Below are positions 12,416 through 27,079 of a DNA stretch of 64,000 bases, piece after piece. The notes below the pieces were generated by a model that made no database searches, was not told the origin of the DNA, and worked only from the letters and a program-made list of their open reading frames with translations. This stretch comes from Octopus sinensis (taxonomy: Eukaryota). Numbering within the stretch: the stretch's first letter is position 1; every line of letters begins with the position of its first letter. The translations under genes were made by a program, and so were the position numbers. The DNA lies in assembly GCF_006345805.1 (NCBI RefSeq), contig NC_043021.1, positions 27,404,001 to 27,468,000 on the forward strand, read 5' to 3'.

Positions 12416-12973
12416 GAAGAGAGAGAGAGCGATTGAAACATTAAAAAGTCTAATGTCAAATAAGTCAGCGTTAAATCATTGACGCCATATAGGCGGCGCA
12501 AAAACAGCTGTGCCATGACGTCTTATATCCCTCTTTTTTTTATATAGAGACGAAATAATATCGGTATCAAGCACCAAACAACGACAGAATTCGTTTGATT
12601 AACTCAGTTGGTGTTACTAGAAATAGTCAAGACAACAACACTAGTCTAGCTTCATTAGCAAATAAACAATCCGATAAACATTTAAAGACAACAAACAACA
12701 AACAAGGGCAACAGCAATAAACAAGTGTCTTATCCATACGAATAAGTCCATTACCATTATATATTATATATTACGGCTATTAATCTTATAATTGATATTT
12801 GCTTGTAAATAATCGTCGTTTAAAGAAATGCCAGAACAATTTTATTACGTACTTATATTCCTAGTTATCTTTTACGAGTTTCTCTTTGAGTTTTGTTTTT
12901 TTTTGTGATTTTTAACACTTTTATTAAGCGAAAACACGTAACATAAAACACAAATTACAACAGGGTCCTTAAA

Positions 12974-13063
<90 letters not shown>

Positions 13064-13184
13064 GCTAGCTATATATCTACCTATCCATCTATCTATCTAC
13101 CTGTCTGTCTGTCTATCTATTTATCGATCTATATATATATATATGCATGTATATATATATATGTATATATATATATATACACAC

Positions 13185-13225
<41 letters not shown>

Positions 13226-13694
13226 TCATTCTCTCTCTCTCTCTCTCTCTATCTGTATATATGTATGTATGCAGGAATGTATGTATGTAAATGCGTGAGG
13301 AAGACAAAATAAAGATAACGATACGGGAGGAGCAAGATAATCGCAAAAATTAATCAACGGACATAGTAATTAATGGCAATTTAGTGAATGCAATCTAAAA
13401 TTTTATGTTTCTCTATGACCATTATTATATTCCTGTCTTTAAATAAAAATAAAATTCCTTCAACATACCTACAGATGCACACACACACGTATACATACAT
13501 ACATACATTTATGTTTACACGATTCGCACATATATATTTGTATACACAGTTCTCATACGTTGTCTCACCTGAAAATCCACGTACATTCACTTTCACCCAA
13601 ACATACTTAAACACAAATATATAATATACGCATATTCATATATAGAAATAAGCGTACATCTGTATAACACAATGGCTGTTATACTTTCGCTGTA

Positions 13695-14345
13695 GGGCTG
13701 GCAGAAACGTTAGCACGCCGGGCGAAATGCGTAGCTGTATTTCATCTGCCGTTACTTTCTGAGTTCAAATTCCGTCGAGGTCGACTTTGCCTTTCATCCT
13801 TTCGGGGTCGAGAAATTAAGTACCAGTTACGCACTAGGGTAGATATAATCGACTTAATCCGTCTGTCTGTCCTTGTTTGTCCTCTCTGTGTTTAGCCCCT
13901 TGTGGGTAGTAAAGAAATAAGAATAGTTAGCACGTCGGAAGAATGCTTAGCGGTATTTCGTCCGTCCTTAGGTTCTGAGCTCACAACCCACCGAGGTCGA
14001 CTTTGCATTTCATTATTTTGGGGTCGATAAAATAAGAACCAGTAATGCACTGGGGTCGATGTGATTGATTTATCCCTTCCCTCGAAATTGCAGGCCTTGT
14101 ATCAACATTTGAAACCAATATTTCGTTTGTACCGGGAAGCGAGCTGGCATAATCGGTAGCATGCCGGTAAAAATGCTAAGCGGCATTTCGTCCGTCTTCA
14201 CGTTCTGAGCTTAAATTCCTCCGAGGTCGACTTTGCCTTTCATACTTCGGAATCGATAAAAATAAGTACCACTTACGCACTGGGGTTGATCTAATCGACT
14301 TAGCCGTCTCCTGAAATTGCTGGCTTTGTGTCCAAAAAATTTGAA
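13695..14345 (+). mobile_element. Three head-to-tail family A SINE copies
   Basis: The core gaggtcgactttgc..ttcat..tt.ggggtcga.aaa..aag.acca occurs three times (~13775, ~13993, ~14223). Confidence 0.85.
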
Positions 14346-14852
14346 TCAATTATACTTTCCCGAAATATTTGAAATTGAAGTTCAATTTATTCTGTGGTTA
14401 TGCCAAATCGTCTTTCCTGAAATTTACCTTCTATGTTTACTTTAGTGCTATAAGTATTATATCGATTCCTATGACTGACAGGGTCGATTACTCGGTTTCC
14501 ATGGTGTATAAGAGACTGGGATCACAACATACTCCCTAAACGGAATGCTAGTCGGTCGCAAGGTTAAACCTTTACAGGTCTCTTTGCCGAACTGCTAACT
14601 TACGGGGACGTAAACAAACCATCACCGGTTCTCAAGTGGTGGTGGGGACAAACAGAGGCACAAAGGCAAATATATAAGACGGGCTTCTTACAGTTTCCCT
14701 CTACCAAATCCGCTCAGAAGGTTTTGGTCGACACGAAACTATAGTAGAAGGTAGAACCCACTTGTCCAAGTTGTCACACAGTGAGACTGAACCCAGACCC
14801 ATGTTGTCGGGAAGCTATCTTCTTGATACACAGCAACACACACACACACACA

Positions 14853-14894
<42 letters not shown>

Positions 14895-14901
14895 ACACAT
14901 A

Positions 14902-14932
<31 letters not shown>

Positions 14933-15424
14933 ATGTATATATATAAATAAATAAATATATATATATATTTATGTACGTTTATGAAATATCTACCTATATA
15001 AATGTGTGTGTGTATGTATATATATATATTTATATTCAAGTGCACGAAAATAATTAGATATACGGATGCACACACACGAACACATTAATACAAAATGCAT
15101 AGATACAAACAAGGGCATACTCCACGTGCAGTCTTTAAAATCTATTTGGAAAGCGGTGGAATAAATGCCAGGTTTTAAAAGCAATGCACTGGGGTTCGAT
15201 TTCTTCGACTGAACACTTCAAGGCGGTGCTCCAGCAAGGCCACAGCCGAATGACTGAAACAAGTGGAAGGAAAAAGATATACGGCGGACTTTCCTGACAT
15301 AATAAACAGATGAAGGTTGCGCTATTCCTTACTGAACAGTCGATTTGTCGACAGGGATCAAATGTTTTCATTCCTGCCATCACATCCCATAATGGCTGTA
15401 CAGGTGCACGGTGTGCCACACATC

Positions 15425-15700
15425 AGGTGTCATTTTTATTTATTTATGCGCCCTTCTCAAGCCTAGCCAGGCTCATGGGCCCGGTTTCCCGGTTTCTGTG
15501 GCGTACGTGTTCCCCCTAACTGGACGGGACGCCAGTCCATCGCAACGTTACTCAAGAAACAAGAAGAAAGAGTGAGAGAAAGTCTCGTGGAGCTTTAGGT
15601 GTTTTCGTTAAATAAACACACACAACGCCCAGTCTGGGAATTGAAACCGCGATTCACTGACTGCGAGTCCGCTGCCCTAAACACTGGGTCATTGCTCCTC
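15425..15700 (-). mobile_element. Family C SINE with (TTAT)n tail
   Basis: Homologous to 9868-10170; tail tttatttatttatgcgccctt on the + strand. Confidence 0.8.
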
Positions 15701-16115
15701 CACATCAGGTGTCATAGTCATCGAAAATTGAAGTGTTTTTCCCAAGAAGTCAACGCAAAGCTCGGTCAAGTAATCGAAACCGCCACCTTAATATCAGGGG
15801 CGCAACACACTAACGAATAGGCTATAGATATATACACACTCATACACACTTATAAACTAATAACCAACCATCACACAACATTGCGTTAGATATTGGTTGC
15901 TTGAAATAGCAAATGAATTTCGTTCGAGATTAGAAACGCTTTGAAGCAAATATACAAGGTATAAAAAACAAAATGACTGCATATCTATAAACAGAATATT
16001 CTCCTCTCCCGTTGCGAGAGCTCTAGAAGAAATTTTAAAAAATCTACGATAAATATGGTGGTAATTTTTTTAGAAAGCGAGCGAAGAGTATTTTCGTGAG
16101 TGAATTAACAGAGAG

Positions 16116-16147
<32 letters not shown>

Positions 16148-16275
16148 CCTTGGATTTTTATCTCATTACGCAAAAAATTCTTATATATATATATATGTAT
16201 ATATGTATATATATATGTATATATGTATATATATATGTATATATATATATATATATATAATATTATATATATATA

Positions 16276-16342
<67 letters not shown>

Positions 16343-16457
16343 CGTTCGTATGTGTTTATGCGTGTGTGTGTGCGCCCGCGCGCGTTGTGTGCATGTATCG
16401 CCTGTATATATGTACACACACACACACAAACACAGACACACACACACACACACGAAC

Positions 16458-16508
<51 letters not shown>

Positions 16509-17204
16509 CATATATATGTGTGTGTATGCATAGAGAGAGAGAGAGAGAGAGGGAGGAAGAGAACGAGAGGGAGATAAGCCGAGAGAGAGAGAAAGAGAGA
16601 GACTGAACGAGGGAGAGCCAATGAGAAGGAAGGAGAGACAAATTCATATTTATCTCTCTCTATATCTATTTATGGGTATATTCAAGCGCACCCGGTTATC
16701 TACATATCGCTATGTGTATGTGCGCATGTGCATACGTGTCTCTGTGCGCGTGCGTTTGTTTATATTTATTTTTTACAAGCAATTACATATAGGTAAGCAT
16801 ATCTGTATATAAATGAACACACAGACCAACACACACGCATACACACCTGAGTATGTATATATTATAAATAATAGTATTGTGCATATGTATTTATATCTAT
16901 AAGCATTTATGTGTCTATATGTGCACTATATGTATATGCATATATGTATATATATATACATATATATATGCATATAAATATATACATATAAACATATATA
17001 TATATACATATATGCATATACATATATATACATATATTAATATATATGTATATAATACTACTATAAATTATAAGATAAGTGTTTTGTTCACCTTCAAAAT
17101 TTGTACGAGTATTTACTGGTGTAGAACTAAAATCACTTTTAGTTAGGATGACGTTTCGAGAAGAAAGAATCATTCCTGGAGCCATGTACTTTTATACATT
17201 TATA

Positions 17205-17242
<38 letters not shown>

Positions 17243-17245
17243 CAT

Positions 17246-17293
<48 letters not shown>

Positions 17294-17495
17294 TTGTAAG
17301 TATATGTATAGATATATATATGTATGTTAGTGTGTGTGTGTGTACGTATATATATATATACACTTACATAAGCAGGTAGGTAAATACATATTATGCATAT
17401 GTGTGAGCATATGTATATAATTATGTATGTATCTTCTGTTCTCTATTTTTCTATCACATACACATACATATACACACAGACACAAGATATATATA

Positions 17496-17549
<54 letters not shown>

Positions 17550-17713
17550 TATATTATATATATATATATATAGCACACACATAAATGCACATCTATACAT
17601 ACCTACCAATTAATGCATATATATATATATGTACAGATGAAGTGGCATAGGGATTGAAAGAGGAACAAAGACAATGAGAGAGAGATGAGAGAGGATGAGA
17701 GAGAGAGAGGAGA

Positions 17714-17745
<32 letters not shown>

Positions 17746-18004
17746 TGAGAGGGTGAGATGTTCCCTGATATGTAATAAACCACAAAGTGCATGATTCAAT
17801 AAGGAATGAGAGTTTTGGTTTTGGTTTTATTGTTTCCGGAAAAAAAATCGTACCCGGAGCCATAATTATTGGAATTGCTGGAATTGACAGAACAGAAAAA
17901 CAATCAGGTAAGAATAAATAACTGAACTAATATATATATATATATATACACACACACCACACACACACACACACACAATATATATAATATATAATATATG
18001 TATG

Positions 18005-18035
<31 letters not shown>

Positions 18036-18398
18036 TATACAGGCGATACACGCACACAACGCGCGCGGGCACACACACGCATAAACACATACGAACGCGC
18101 ACACACACATACATGTATGTATATATATATATATATGTATGTATATATATATGTATATGTAAGAATTCTGAAAAATGTAGATGGAGAAAGGAACCCACAG
18201 AGTGTAGGAAAGGAAACAAAATTAAATAGTACAAGAGAGGCAGAAGAGAGCAGGAGTGAGAGTGAGAGTGAGAGTTAGATAGACAGGGTTCGATTGATTG
18301 ATAGCTCTATAGATAGAGAGATAGAAAGTCAGAGAGAAAAAGGGATTTACAGCATCAATCTCGTATTTGGATTTCGTTTCTTTTGAACAAACCAATCG

Positions 18399-18431
<33 letters not shown>

Positions 18432-18444
18432 TATATTATATATA

Positions 18445-18496
<52 letters not shown>

Positions 18497-18673
18497 TATT
18501 ATATATATATATATATTTATAAATATATATATATATATTTATATATATATATATTTATATATATATACATATATATATACACATATTTATATATGCGTGT
18601 GTGTGTATATATATATGTATATATATACATGTATCTATATTATATATATATATATAAATTAGAGAAAAACCAC

Positions 18674-19127
18674 TATGAGTAATTCAAATAATGATAGACA
18701 TAGACCAAATCATAAAGAAAAAATAATATATATTATAAACATATAACTAGATCACAAAAAGTACAAAAACATGAATAAACAATATATAATAAGTAAAAAG
18801 ACTACAGAGTTTCTTCTATCAGAAGAATCATGATTTTATTTCTTTAAGAAATATTGTTTAATTCTATTTGAATATTTATTTAATTATTATTGTTATCATT
18901 GTTGACTTGAGAAGTGACTATGCTTTTAAATTGAATTGTTTTTCGATTAAATTTTAATTGAATTGTAATTCGAATTGAAGTTATAACCACGAAACGTACG
19001 TTGTCTTTTTAATTATCTATTGCTTACTCCTTCTTTTGTACTTTTTGTGATCTAGTTATATGGCTTATAATATATTTCATTTTTTCTTTATGATTTGGTT
19101 TATGTCTATAATTGTTTGAATTGCATA
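18674..19127. mobile_element. Fold-back element (arms ~18674-18802 and ~19002-19127) with a U3-A8 hammerhead-like motif
   Basis: The arms are reverse complements (tttgtactttttgtgatctagttata). The + strand at 18904-19005 reads gac-TTGAGAA-GTG..70 nt..CAC-GAAA-CGTACG-TT-gtc. Confidence 0.65.
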
Positions 19128-19228
19128 ACAGTCGTTTTCTTTAATTTATATATATTATATATTTATATTGTGAAATTTGATTTAATACTAAATTGAATTT
19201 TTCCATGTAAGTTTGGAGCTATACTCCC

Positions 19229-19289
<61 letters not shown>

Positions 19290-19321
19290 TATATATAATA
19301 TAATATATATATATATATTTA

Positions 19322-19383
<62 letters not shown>

Positions 19384-19394
19384 ATATATATATA

Positions 19395-19462
<68 letters not shown>

Positions 19463-19527
19463 ATATATGTGACAATTATTCGGTTGCCATAACATAAGTC
19501 CGAATTTCGGATGTCGGGGCGGAAATC

Positions 19528-19614
19528 TGCTCCAGCATCTCTTCAGTATATATATAATATATATATTATATATATATATATATATATATTATATACTGAA
19601 GAGATGCTGGAGCA
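19528..19614. repeat. Perfect 23-bp inverted repeat around an (AT)n loop
   Basis: tgctccagcatctcttcagtata at 19528-19550 and its reverse complement at 19592-19614. Confidence 0.9.
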
Positions 19615-19749
19615 TATATATAATATATATATATGTATGCATGAGTGGTGTGTGTGTGTAAGATATAATATATATATATATATTATATATATATATAAAA
19701 ATATTATACATATATATACATATGTATATGTATATCTATATATATAATG

Positions 19750-19787
<38 letters not shown>

Positions 19788-20256
19788 TGATGACGATGAC
19801 CGACCTGTGTTGAAGATGACGTATGAGCGTTCAGCTTTCGCCGAACAACCCGCAGAAATGATTCGCTTATAGTGATCAAATGTATGCACTGTACATTAGA
19901 TCAGGTCCTCCATCAAATCCACGTTGTCCTAACAGGTGCACAGTGTATCGTGCATCAGATGAGAGGAAGCATTTTGTACAAGAACACACCGTGTCACTTG
20001 GTCTTAGAATTGAAACGATCCTGCGACATTTATATATTCATTTATTTATTTTTACCGTTGAGAAGCAAAAAAAAATCATCGAAACCGGTTTGGTATTCGA
20101 ATAAAACTTTTGCAAAAATAAAAAGAAAACAACTTCACCTCTTGAGATTCAGGTGGATTTTCAAACCTCAAAACAACTTCACACATATTTTTCCCGCGTG
20201 AGAATTTTCATCATTGTCCATAATATGTATGCATATATATATATCAAGCAAATACA

Positions 20257-20325
<69 letters not shown>

Positions 20326-20329
20326 GTCG

Positions 20330-20514
20330 CCATGATAGATCGGTAGCCACTACACACATTTTTCTCTCTCTTGTTTCTTTCGTGTTCATTTCTGTGGAAG
20401 AGCGTACGCTCGAAACGTAAAAGACTTTTTCTATTCCTGAGCGCTATACTAATAAATCTGTTTGTTTTCTACACCACCTATCTTCGTCTTTTGCTTTTTT
20501 TCGTGAATTCTCCC

Positions 20515-20520
<6 letters not shown>
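20330..20520 (+). mobile_element. Solo Penelope pLTR-type element with a minimal hammerhead variant at 20389-20422
   Basis: ttt-CTGTGGA-A-GAGC-gtac-GCTC-GAAAC-GTA-aaa; the downstream sequence is homologous to the 3' end of the element at 5605-6915. Confidence 0.75.
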
Positions 20521-20593
<73 letters not shown>

Positions 20594-20599
20594 TGTGTG

Positions 20600-20905
20600 G
20601 AGGCACAATGGCCCAGCGGTTAGGGCAGCGAACTCGCGGGTCGTAGGATCGTGGTTTCGATTCACTTCGTTGTGAGTGTTTATTGAGGGAATACACCTAA
20701 AGCTCCACGGGGCCCCGGCAGCGGGTGGTGGTGGAGATCTCTGCTGTATTCTTTCGCCGCAACTTTTCCTCACTCTTTTTTCTGTTGGCCTGCTCGCTTA
20801 GCCAGCGGGATGGCATCATTTGAAGGATAAAACAATGCGAAGTGCATTGTGATCAGCGATTTGTAGCAACATCGGATAACCTAGTCGGTCACGGTGGTCA
20901 CGGTG
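20600..20905 (+). mobile_element. Family C SINE
   Basis: Head caatggcccagcggttagggcagcgaactcgcgg...ggtttcgattc. Confidence 0.8.
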
Positions 20906-20914
20906 ATATATATA

Positions 20915-20993
20915 TAGCAAAAACTGTCCGACGAACGGGAACGTGAAACTCAGAGTAACAGGTTTTGTTGAATTTTCTGCTGCTTTAAGTAAA

Positions 20994-21000
<7 letters not shown>
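20915..21000 (+). ncRNA. Short element between (TA)n tracts with a type I hammerhead motif (same family as 57928-58571)
   Basis: aaaaactgt-CCGACGA-ACG-ggaa-CGT-GAAA-CTCAGAG-TA-acaggtttt at 20919-20966; U4 is mutated to C. Confidence 0.75.
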
Positions 21001-21029
<29 letters not shown>

Positions 21030-21118
21030 TTCTAATATAAGGATAACATTTTATTAAAAAATGTTATCAGTGGCCAGCATTTGAAAAATACCTTTTAAGA
21101 TGAAATTTATAAATACGA

Positions 21119-21305
21119 TTATAAATAAGAGCAAAGATAAAACATTTTCTTTGCCAACATGCTGATAAATTAGACGCCAGATCGTCTAAGCGTCGGCACG
21201 TCGTATAATAAATACAAGTGAAAATATTTTAGGTGGTTAGACGATTTAGCGTCTATTTTTCAGAATATTGGCAAAGAAAATTTTTCTTTTTGCTTTTATT
21301 TATAA
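21119..21305. mobile_element. Small fold-back, MITE-like element with ~70-bp imperfect arms
   Basis: 21119-21189 is the reverse complement of 21237-21305 (attttctttgccaa..tg..aaa.tagacgc.a.atcgtctaa). Confidence 0.6.
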
Positions 21306-21321
21306 CTATATATATGTATGT

Positions 21322-21835
21322 GGCGGCGCAATGGCCCAGTAGTTATGGCAGCGGACTCGCGGTCGGAGGATCGCGGTTTCGATTCCCAGACCGGGCATTG
21401 TGAGTGTTTATTGAGCGAAAACATCTAAAGCTCCACGAGACTCCGGCAGGGGGTGGTCGTGATCCCTGCTGTACTCTTTCACCACAACTTTCTCTCACTC
21501 TTTCTTCCTGTTTCTGTTGTACCTGTATTTCAAAGGAGCCAGCCTTGTGTCACACTCTGTGTCACGCTGAATCTCCCCCGAGGACTACGTTAAGGGTACA
21601 CGTGTCTGTGGAGTGCTCAGCCACTTGCACGTTAATAAATGAGCTGCGACGTCAATGATGCCAAGCTGTATTGGCCTTTGCCTTTCCCTTGGATAACATC
21701 GGTGGTGTGGAGAGGGGAGGCTGGTATGCGTGGGCGACTGCTGGTCTTCCATAAACAACCTTGCCCAGACTTGTACCTCGGAGGGTAACTTTCTAGGTGC
21801 AATCCCATGGTCATTCATGATCAAAGGGGGTCACA
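21322..21835 (+). mobile_element. Family C SINE head joined to a family D (RTE-related) tail
   Basis: Head ggcgcaatggcccagtagtt; the tail ggagaggggaggctggtatgcgtgggcgactgctgg is shared with 47970-48300. Confidence 0.75.
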
Positions 21836-23334
21836 CATATATGTATATATATATATATATATGTTTTATCCAAATTACCGAGCATCACGTGCCTATGTCA
21901 TAATACTTACAAACACTCTACCTTCTCTACGTCTTTTTTACACTCACTATATGTGTGTGTGTGTGCGAGCACGCCTCTGTGTGTGTGTGTGTGTATGAAT
22001 TTGTATGCAAGTGTGTGTATAGTGTGCTGATGTGTGCGTTGTTAAGAATATGTATATTTATATATGTGCGTGTGTGTATTTGTGTGTATAAGAGATTATA
22101 TGCATGTGTATCTTTGTTGGTATACATGTATTATGTAATACAAGTTGTAAATATATTTGCATATATTTATATCATTCTAAATGCATATATTATCCACGAA
22201 TTATTACCTGAGGGAAAATTATAATGACATTTTATGCAGTTTGCTACATAAAACCGTGACCTTTCCTACATTCTAGACAACATTTTTTTTATTGCTGCGC
22301 GTGATGGGATGACTTCTCGATCTGTTTTTCCTTTTTTATCTTTTTACCAGTAATAGTATTACGTTGGGAGCCATGGTAAAGTAATAGAAAATGCAGAAAA
22401 AAGACTAACCAATAAGATACGTTCAAAGCATTCTTAGACCCAGAGGTGATAAAAAATATAATAAAAAAGAAAGAGAAAAACATCGGTCTTTGAACTGAAA
22501 TAGCAATATATTTTTTTCAAGCAAGAATCTTATAACTTGTAGGATTATTAGCTTGTGAAAGACTTTACAGGATCTAGTAATTCAAGGTCGGATCCAACGC
22601 TTCAATTATGATTAAGTAACTGATTATGGAACACACTGGAATAAAAAAAAAACATAATTCTTCGCTTATTATTATCATATATCATCTTCCTGATGAATGA
22701 TTCTTTCGATCGATCCTCTTTTGCCAATTCTACGGAAATAGTATTCTTTTGTTCAACATTGGTACCCAGACCACTGAAAGTGGAAGTAAAAGAATATATG
22801 CTTACATTTGAATTTTTTGATATTTAATTAACTGCTGCCATATGACTTCAGCCATGGTGGGGCACCTCTTTTTAAGGGTTTAGTCGAACAAATCAATCCC
22901 AGTACTTATTTTAATCCGGTACTAATAATATCGGTCATTTTTAACGAATCCCTAATTTGCAGGGATGTTGCAGGCGAGTGGGGATCCGGAAACAAACACA
23001 AACACAAAGACACATACACATTATATATAAGTATATATAATAAAAAATAAATAAATGCGCCCTTTTTTAAAGCCTGGCTAGGCTCATGGGCCCGGTTTCC
23101 CGGTTTTTATGGCGTATGTGTTCCCCAGCTGGACGGGACGCCAGTCCATCGCAGCGTGACCCATTTTTGTCAGCTGAGTGGACTGGAGCAATGTGATATG
23201 AAGTGTTTGCTCAAGAACACAACGCATCGCCGGGTCCAGGAATCGAAACCACAATCTTACAATCATGGTGATGACACCCTAACCACTAAGCCACGCGCCT
23301 CCACATAAGTATATATATATATATATATATAGTT

Positions 23335-23657
<323 letters not shown>

Positions 23658-23899
23658 CATACATATATATATATATTTATATGCGCACGTATATATATAT
23701 GTGTGCACATATATTCATATATATTTTTATATACATATACATTGATGTATATGTATATACATATATGAATGTATATGTGTCTGTTAGTACATATGTATGC
23801 ATGTATATATGCATATAAGTATATATATATATTATATATATATATATATAATATATATATATAATATATATTATATATTATATATATATAATATATATT

Positions 23900-24335
23900 A
23901 TATGTAGAAAAATACAAACTGGGACAAGAACGTAAAACATTTTGAAGACGATACAAAAAACAAAACACGGACGGGACATTTGAAGCCTTCAATCTTAAGT
24001 CAAGAACCGGATCATCCTAGCAATTTCGGCTGATTAATATTGAGATCGCTCCGATCCGGCCAGCCCCAAGGAAAAACTAAGCTACGAGCATTAAATTTCT
24101 TGGAAGAAGGATCGAATGTATACGAAAAAGGGACAGAAAAACGGACGATGCCACACGAATATAAAATACAAAAAAACAATAATGGTAAAAACAGGACAAA
24201 AACAGCGAGTGTCTTACAACTAATAAACTGTACAAGTTTAGCTGGCGTATTTGGAAAAAATGCCTTTTTCGGCAGACGAAGACAACGATATATATATACA
24301 AAATACAATAGATATATATATATATATATACAATA
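23900..24335 (-). mobile_element. Degenerate pLTR-type element between microsatellites
   Basis: Homologous to 4900-5085 and bounded by (TA)n on both sides. Confidence 0.55.
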
Positions 24336-25851
24336 GATACATACATACATACTAACATATGTGTGTGTGTATGTATGTATGTTTGTATTATTTGTTGTGA
24401 TAAAGCTATAATTTTGACAAGAAGCATATATCCTCGTTAAACTGAAAAAGACAAACGCATAAATTTTTATTTTTTGCTCCGCATATTAATGATTCGGGCG
24501 TTATAATGTTAAAAACGTGATCTTCTCCAACAATTGGAAGCACATCCATCTTCGTAGGAATTTCTGACCTTGAAACGAACAGCTATCACTCCGTAGAATG
24601 ATGAACATGATTAATTCAATGTCTAAATGATGTCGTTTTGTGCCACCGGAAAAACTAATGTCAAACTTCATCAGGAATTTATACAAGAACAGAACGATAC
24701 CATAAATTGCCATTGGTATATTTATTTCAAGACCAACGGAACACAACGGGTGAAATTTTGAAATATATGTTAAAGGGATCTTAAGGTGACAGGGCATGTA
24801 TTTAATACGTCAGTTTCTATACAACAGGAATTATTGCATTCCATTATGTATTGCCAAGAACATTGCATCTCTTTTAGGCATAATCCTGTTTGGTCAATAG
24901 AATTTTATATGGAACGCAAGCGTAGATCTCCCTTAATGTGGACGTGCGTTCAGTTCGACCATTTCGTTGGCAATTTTTCATCCTCTAATTCCAGAATTTC
25001 ATACGTTGGCATTACTAACAAATCATTTATGTAGATTATCGCTAATACCTTTTCTACTAATTGGAACGTATTATTGTTCTTTCTGCATTATTTTGGGCGA
25101 ATTCAGGAATTCAAATTGTCTGAAATAAGATAGTTTAAGGTCTACTTTAAGATCTGGTATTTACGTAAACAATTAAAGAAAGAGAGAGAGAAAAAAAGGA
25201 TATATTTCTAAGTATCAATGGCGCTTTTACAGTGCAGCTCCAACTGCTAAAAATAGCAACGAAATATATCTCTAACGACATTTTGCTATCATAAATAAAA
25301 GACAATAAATAATTATGCGCTCTAGAATAATTGATGTCTATAAATGACACAAATCCGCTTTCTGTTAATGTGGCTTTCGGTGCAGAAATATTTAATAGGT
25401 TCAATAACTGTGTAAACCTTTGTCTTAACTGGATACATTTAATCCTGAATCTGAATGTTTGGAGTAGAGTGTTTCAGGAAATATTTGATGTTCACATCCT
25501 TTCTAAACACCATCATAGTCTCATCGTGATTGTTACTGTTGTAGACCGTTGCCAGTTCTGTTAGAATTTCGTTCGCCATGCTCTGTGACTTACTTTGACT
25601 TTGCGCTATGACAACATGCTAAGTTCCGAAACGTCATGCTGCGTAAGCTTCACAACACTATTACTTATCGAATTCCTCCTTGACCCCTTCTTTCAACTAT
25701 ACATAGTTAACACCTGTGCAGTATAAACATGGGTGGTCAATGGGTTTTGCATTATCTCTCTCCGACATAAATATTTCATTTTCACTCTGTGCAACATAGA
25801 GAAAATATATTTTAGTTTATAATCGTGCTATATAAACAATATATCTTAGTG

Positions 25852-25888
<37 letters not shown>

Positions 25889-26434
25889 GCACACACACAC
25901 ATGTATATATATATGTATGTACATGTATATATATATATATATATGTATGTATATATATAATATATATATATATATATGTATGTACATGTATATATATATA
26001 TATATATATAATATATATGTATGTATATGTATATATATAGTTCAACAAGTATTTTAGTTTATAAACAATATATATGTCTAGGTTTATTCATGTGCTACAT
26101 AATATATATATATGTTAGTTTATGCTTCTGCCGTACATAAACAATTTACATGTGTCAGCTTAGCCCTGTGCTAAATAAGCTGTACACATGTTTGTTTATT
26201 CCTGTGCAACATATACTTTAGGTTATCCCTTTGCTATATGAATAATATATATTTTTCTCTAATCCTGGGCTACATAATATCTGTATTAGTTTATATTTGT
26301 ACTATATAAACATAATTAATATATTTCAGTTTATCGCTCCACCAGATAAGCAATAAAATAAACAATATATATTTAATCCAAGAAGAGAGAGTCATATATT
26401 GTCTTTAACTATATATATATATATATATATATAT

Positions 26435-26725
26435 ACAATTGCAGCGTGGAAGATGTTTGTAAGCCATTTAAGAAACACACAAAAGCCGTTCGATTCACTT
26501 CAACATTTAAGTTTAATTTGTCGAAATATTTTCGTCGCTTTAAGACCGCGACCTGTTCACTGACAAAGTCCGTGCTGAGATGCAGCACGGATTTTTGTCA
26601 GTGAACAGGTCGCGGATTTTAGCGACGAAAATATTTTGACAAATTAAACTTAAATGTTGAAGTGAATCGAACGGCTTTTGTGTGTTTCTTAAATGGCTTA
26701 CAAACACCTTCCACGCTGCAATTGT
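26435..26725. mobile_element. 291-bp near-perfect palindrome carrying two divergent hammerhead-like motifs
   Basis: The ends acaattgcagcgtggaag and cttccacgctgcaattgt are near-perfect reverse complements; centre gtccgtgctg-agatg-cagcacggat; (TA)n on the left. Confidence 0.92.
26594..26643 (+). ncRNA. Hammerhead-like motif with a G3-C8 swapped core
   Basis: tttgtca-GTGAACA-G-GTCGC-ggatttta-GCGAC-GAA-AATATT-T-tgacaaa. A mirror copy lies on the minus strand at 26517-26567. Confidence 0.65.
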
Positions 26726-27079
26726 TTTCGTTTCAGCACACGATCTCAGATCAAATTACTTGCTATGCGAGTACATCTCCGTAATATATATATATGGAAA
26801 TAAACAATATGAATATCACTTTATCACTGAGCTACGTCATCAGTACAAATTTTGTTTTATCCCTCTACAGCTTAACATACCTTTTAGTTTAACCGTGTGC
26901 TCCAAAATATGCTTAGGTTGTCAGATAAATTCGTTTGCTTCTTCCCAATGTTTTATTAACGCGGCAAATATTTTTATCGTAGGGTTTTATGGATTTTTTT
27001 GTAACTCTATTCTTTCTCTATAACTTTTGCTTATCGTTGTTGAAATTTAAACAAATTTTATCTCTTTTCAGCTCTATGA

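Noticed and set aside
24430-25640. Possible very old retroelement coding remnant with a cgaaacgtc motif near 25630
   Set aside because: No diagnostic RT or endonuclease motif could be read with confidence.
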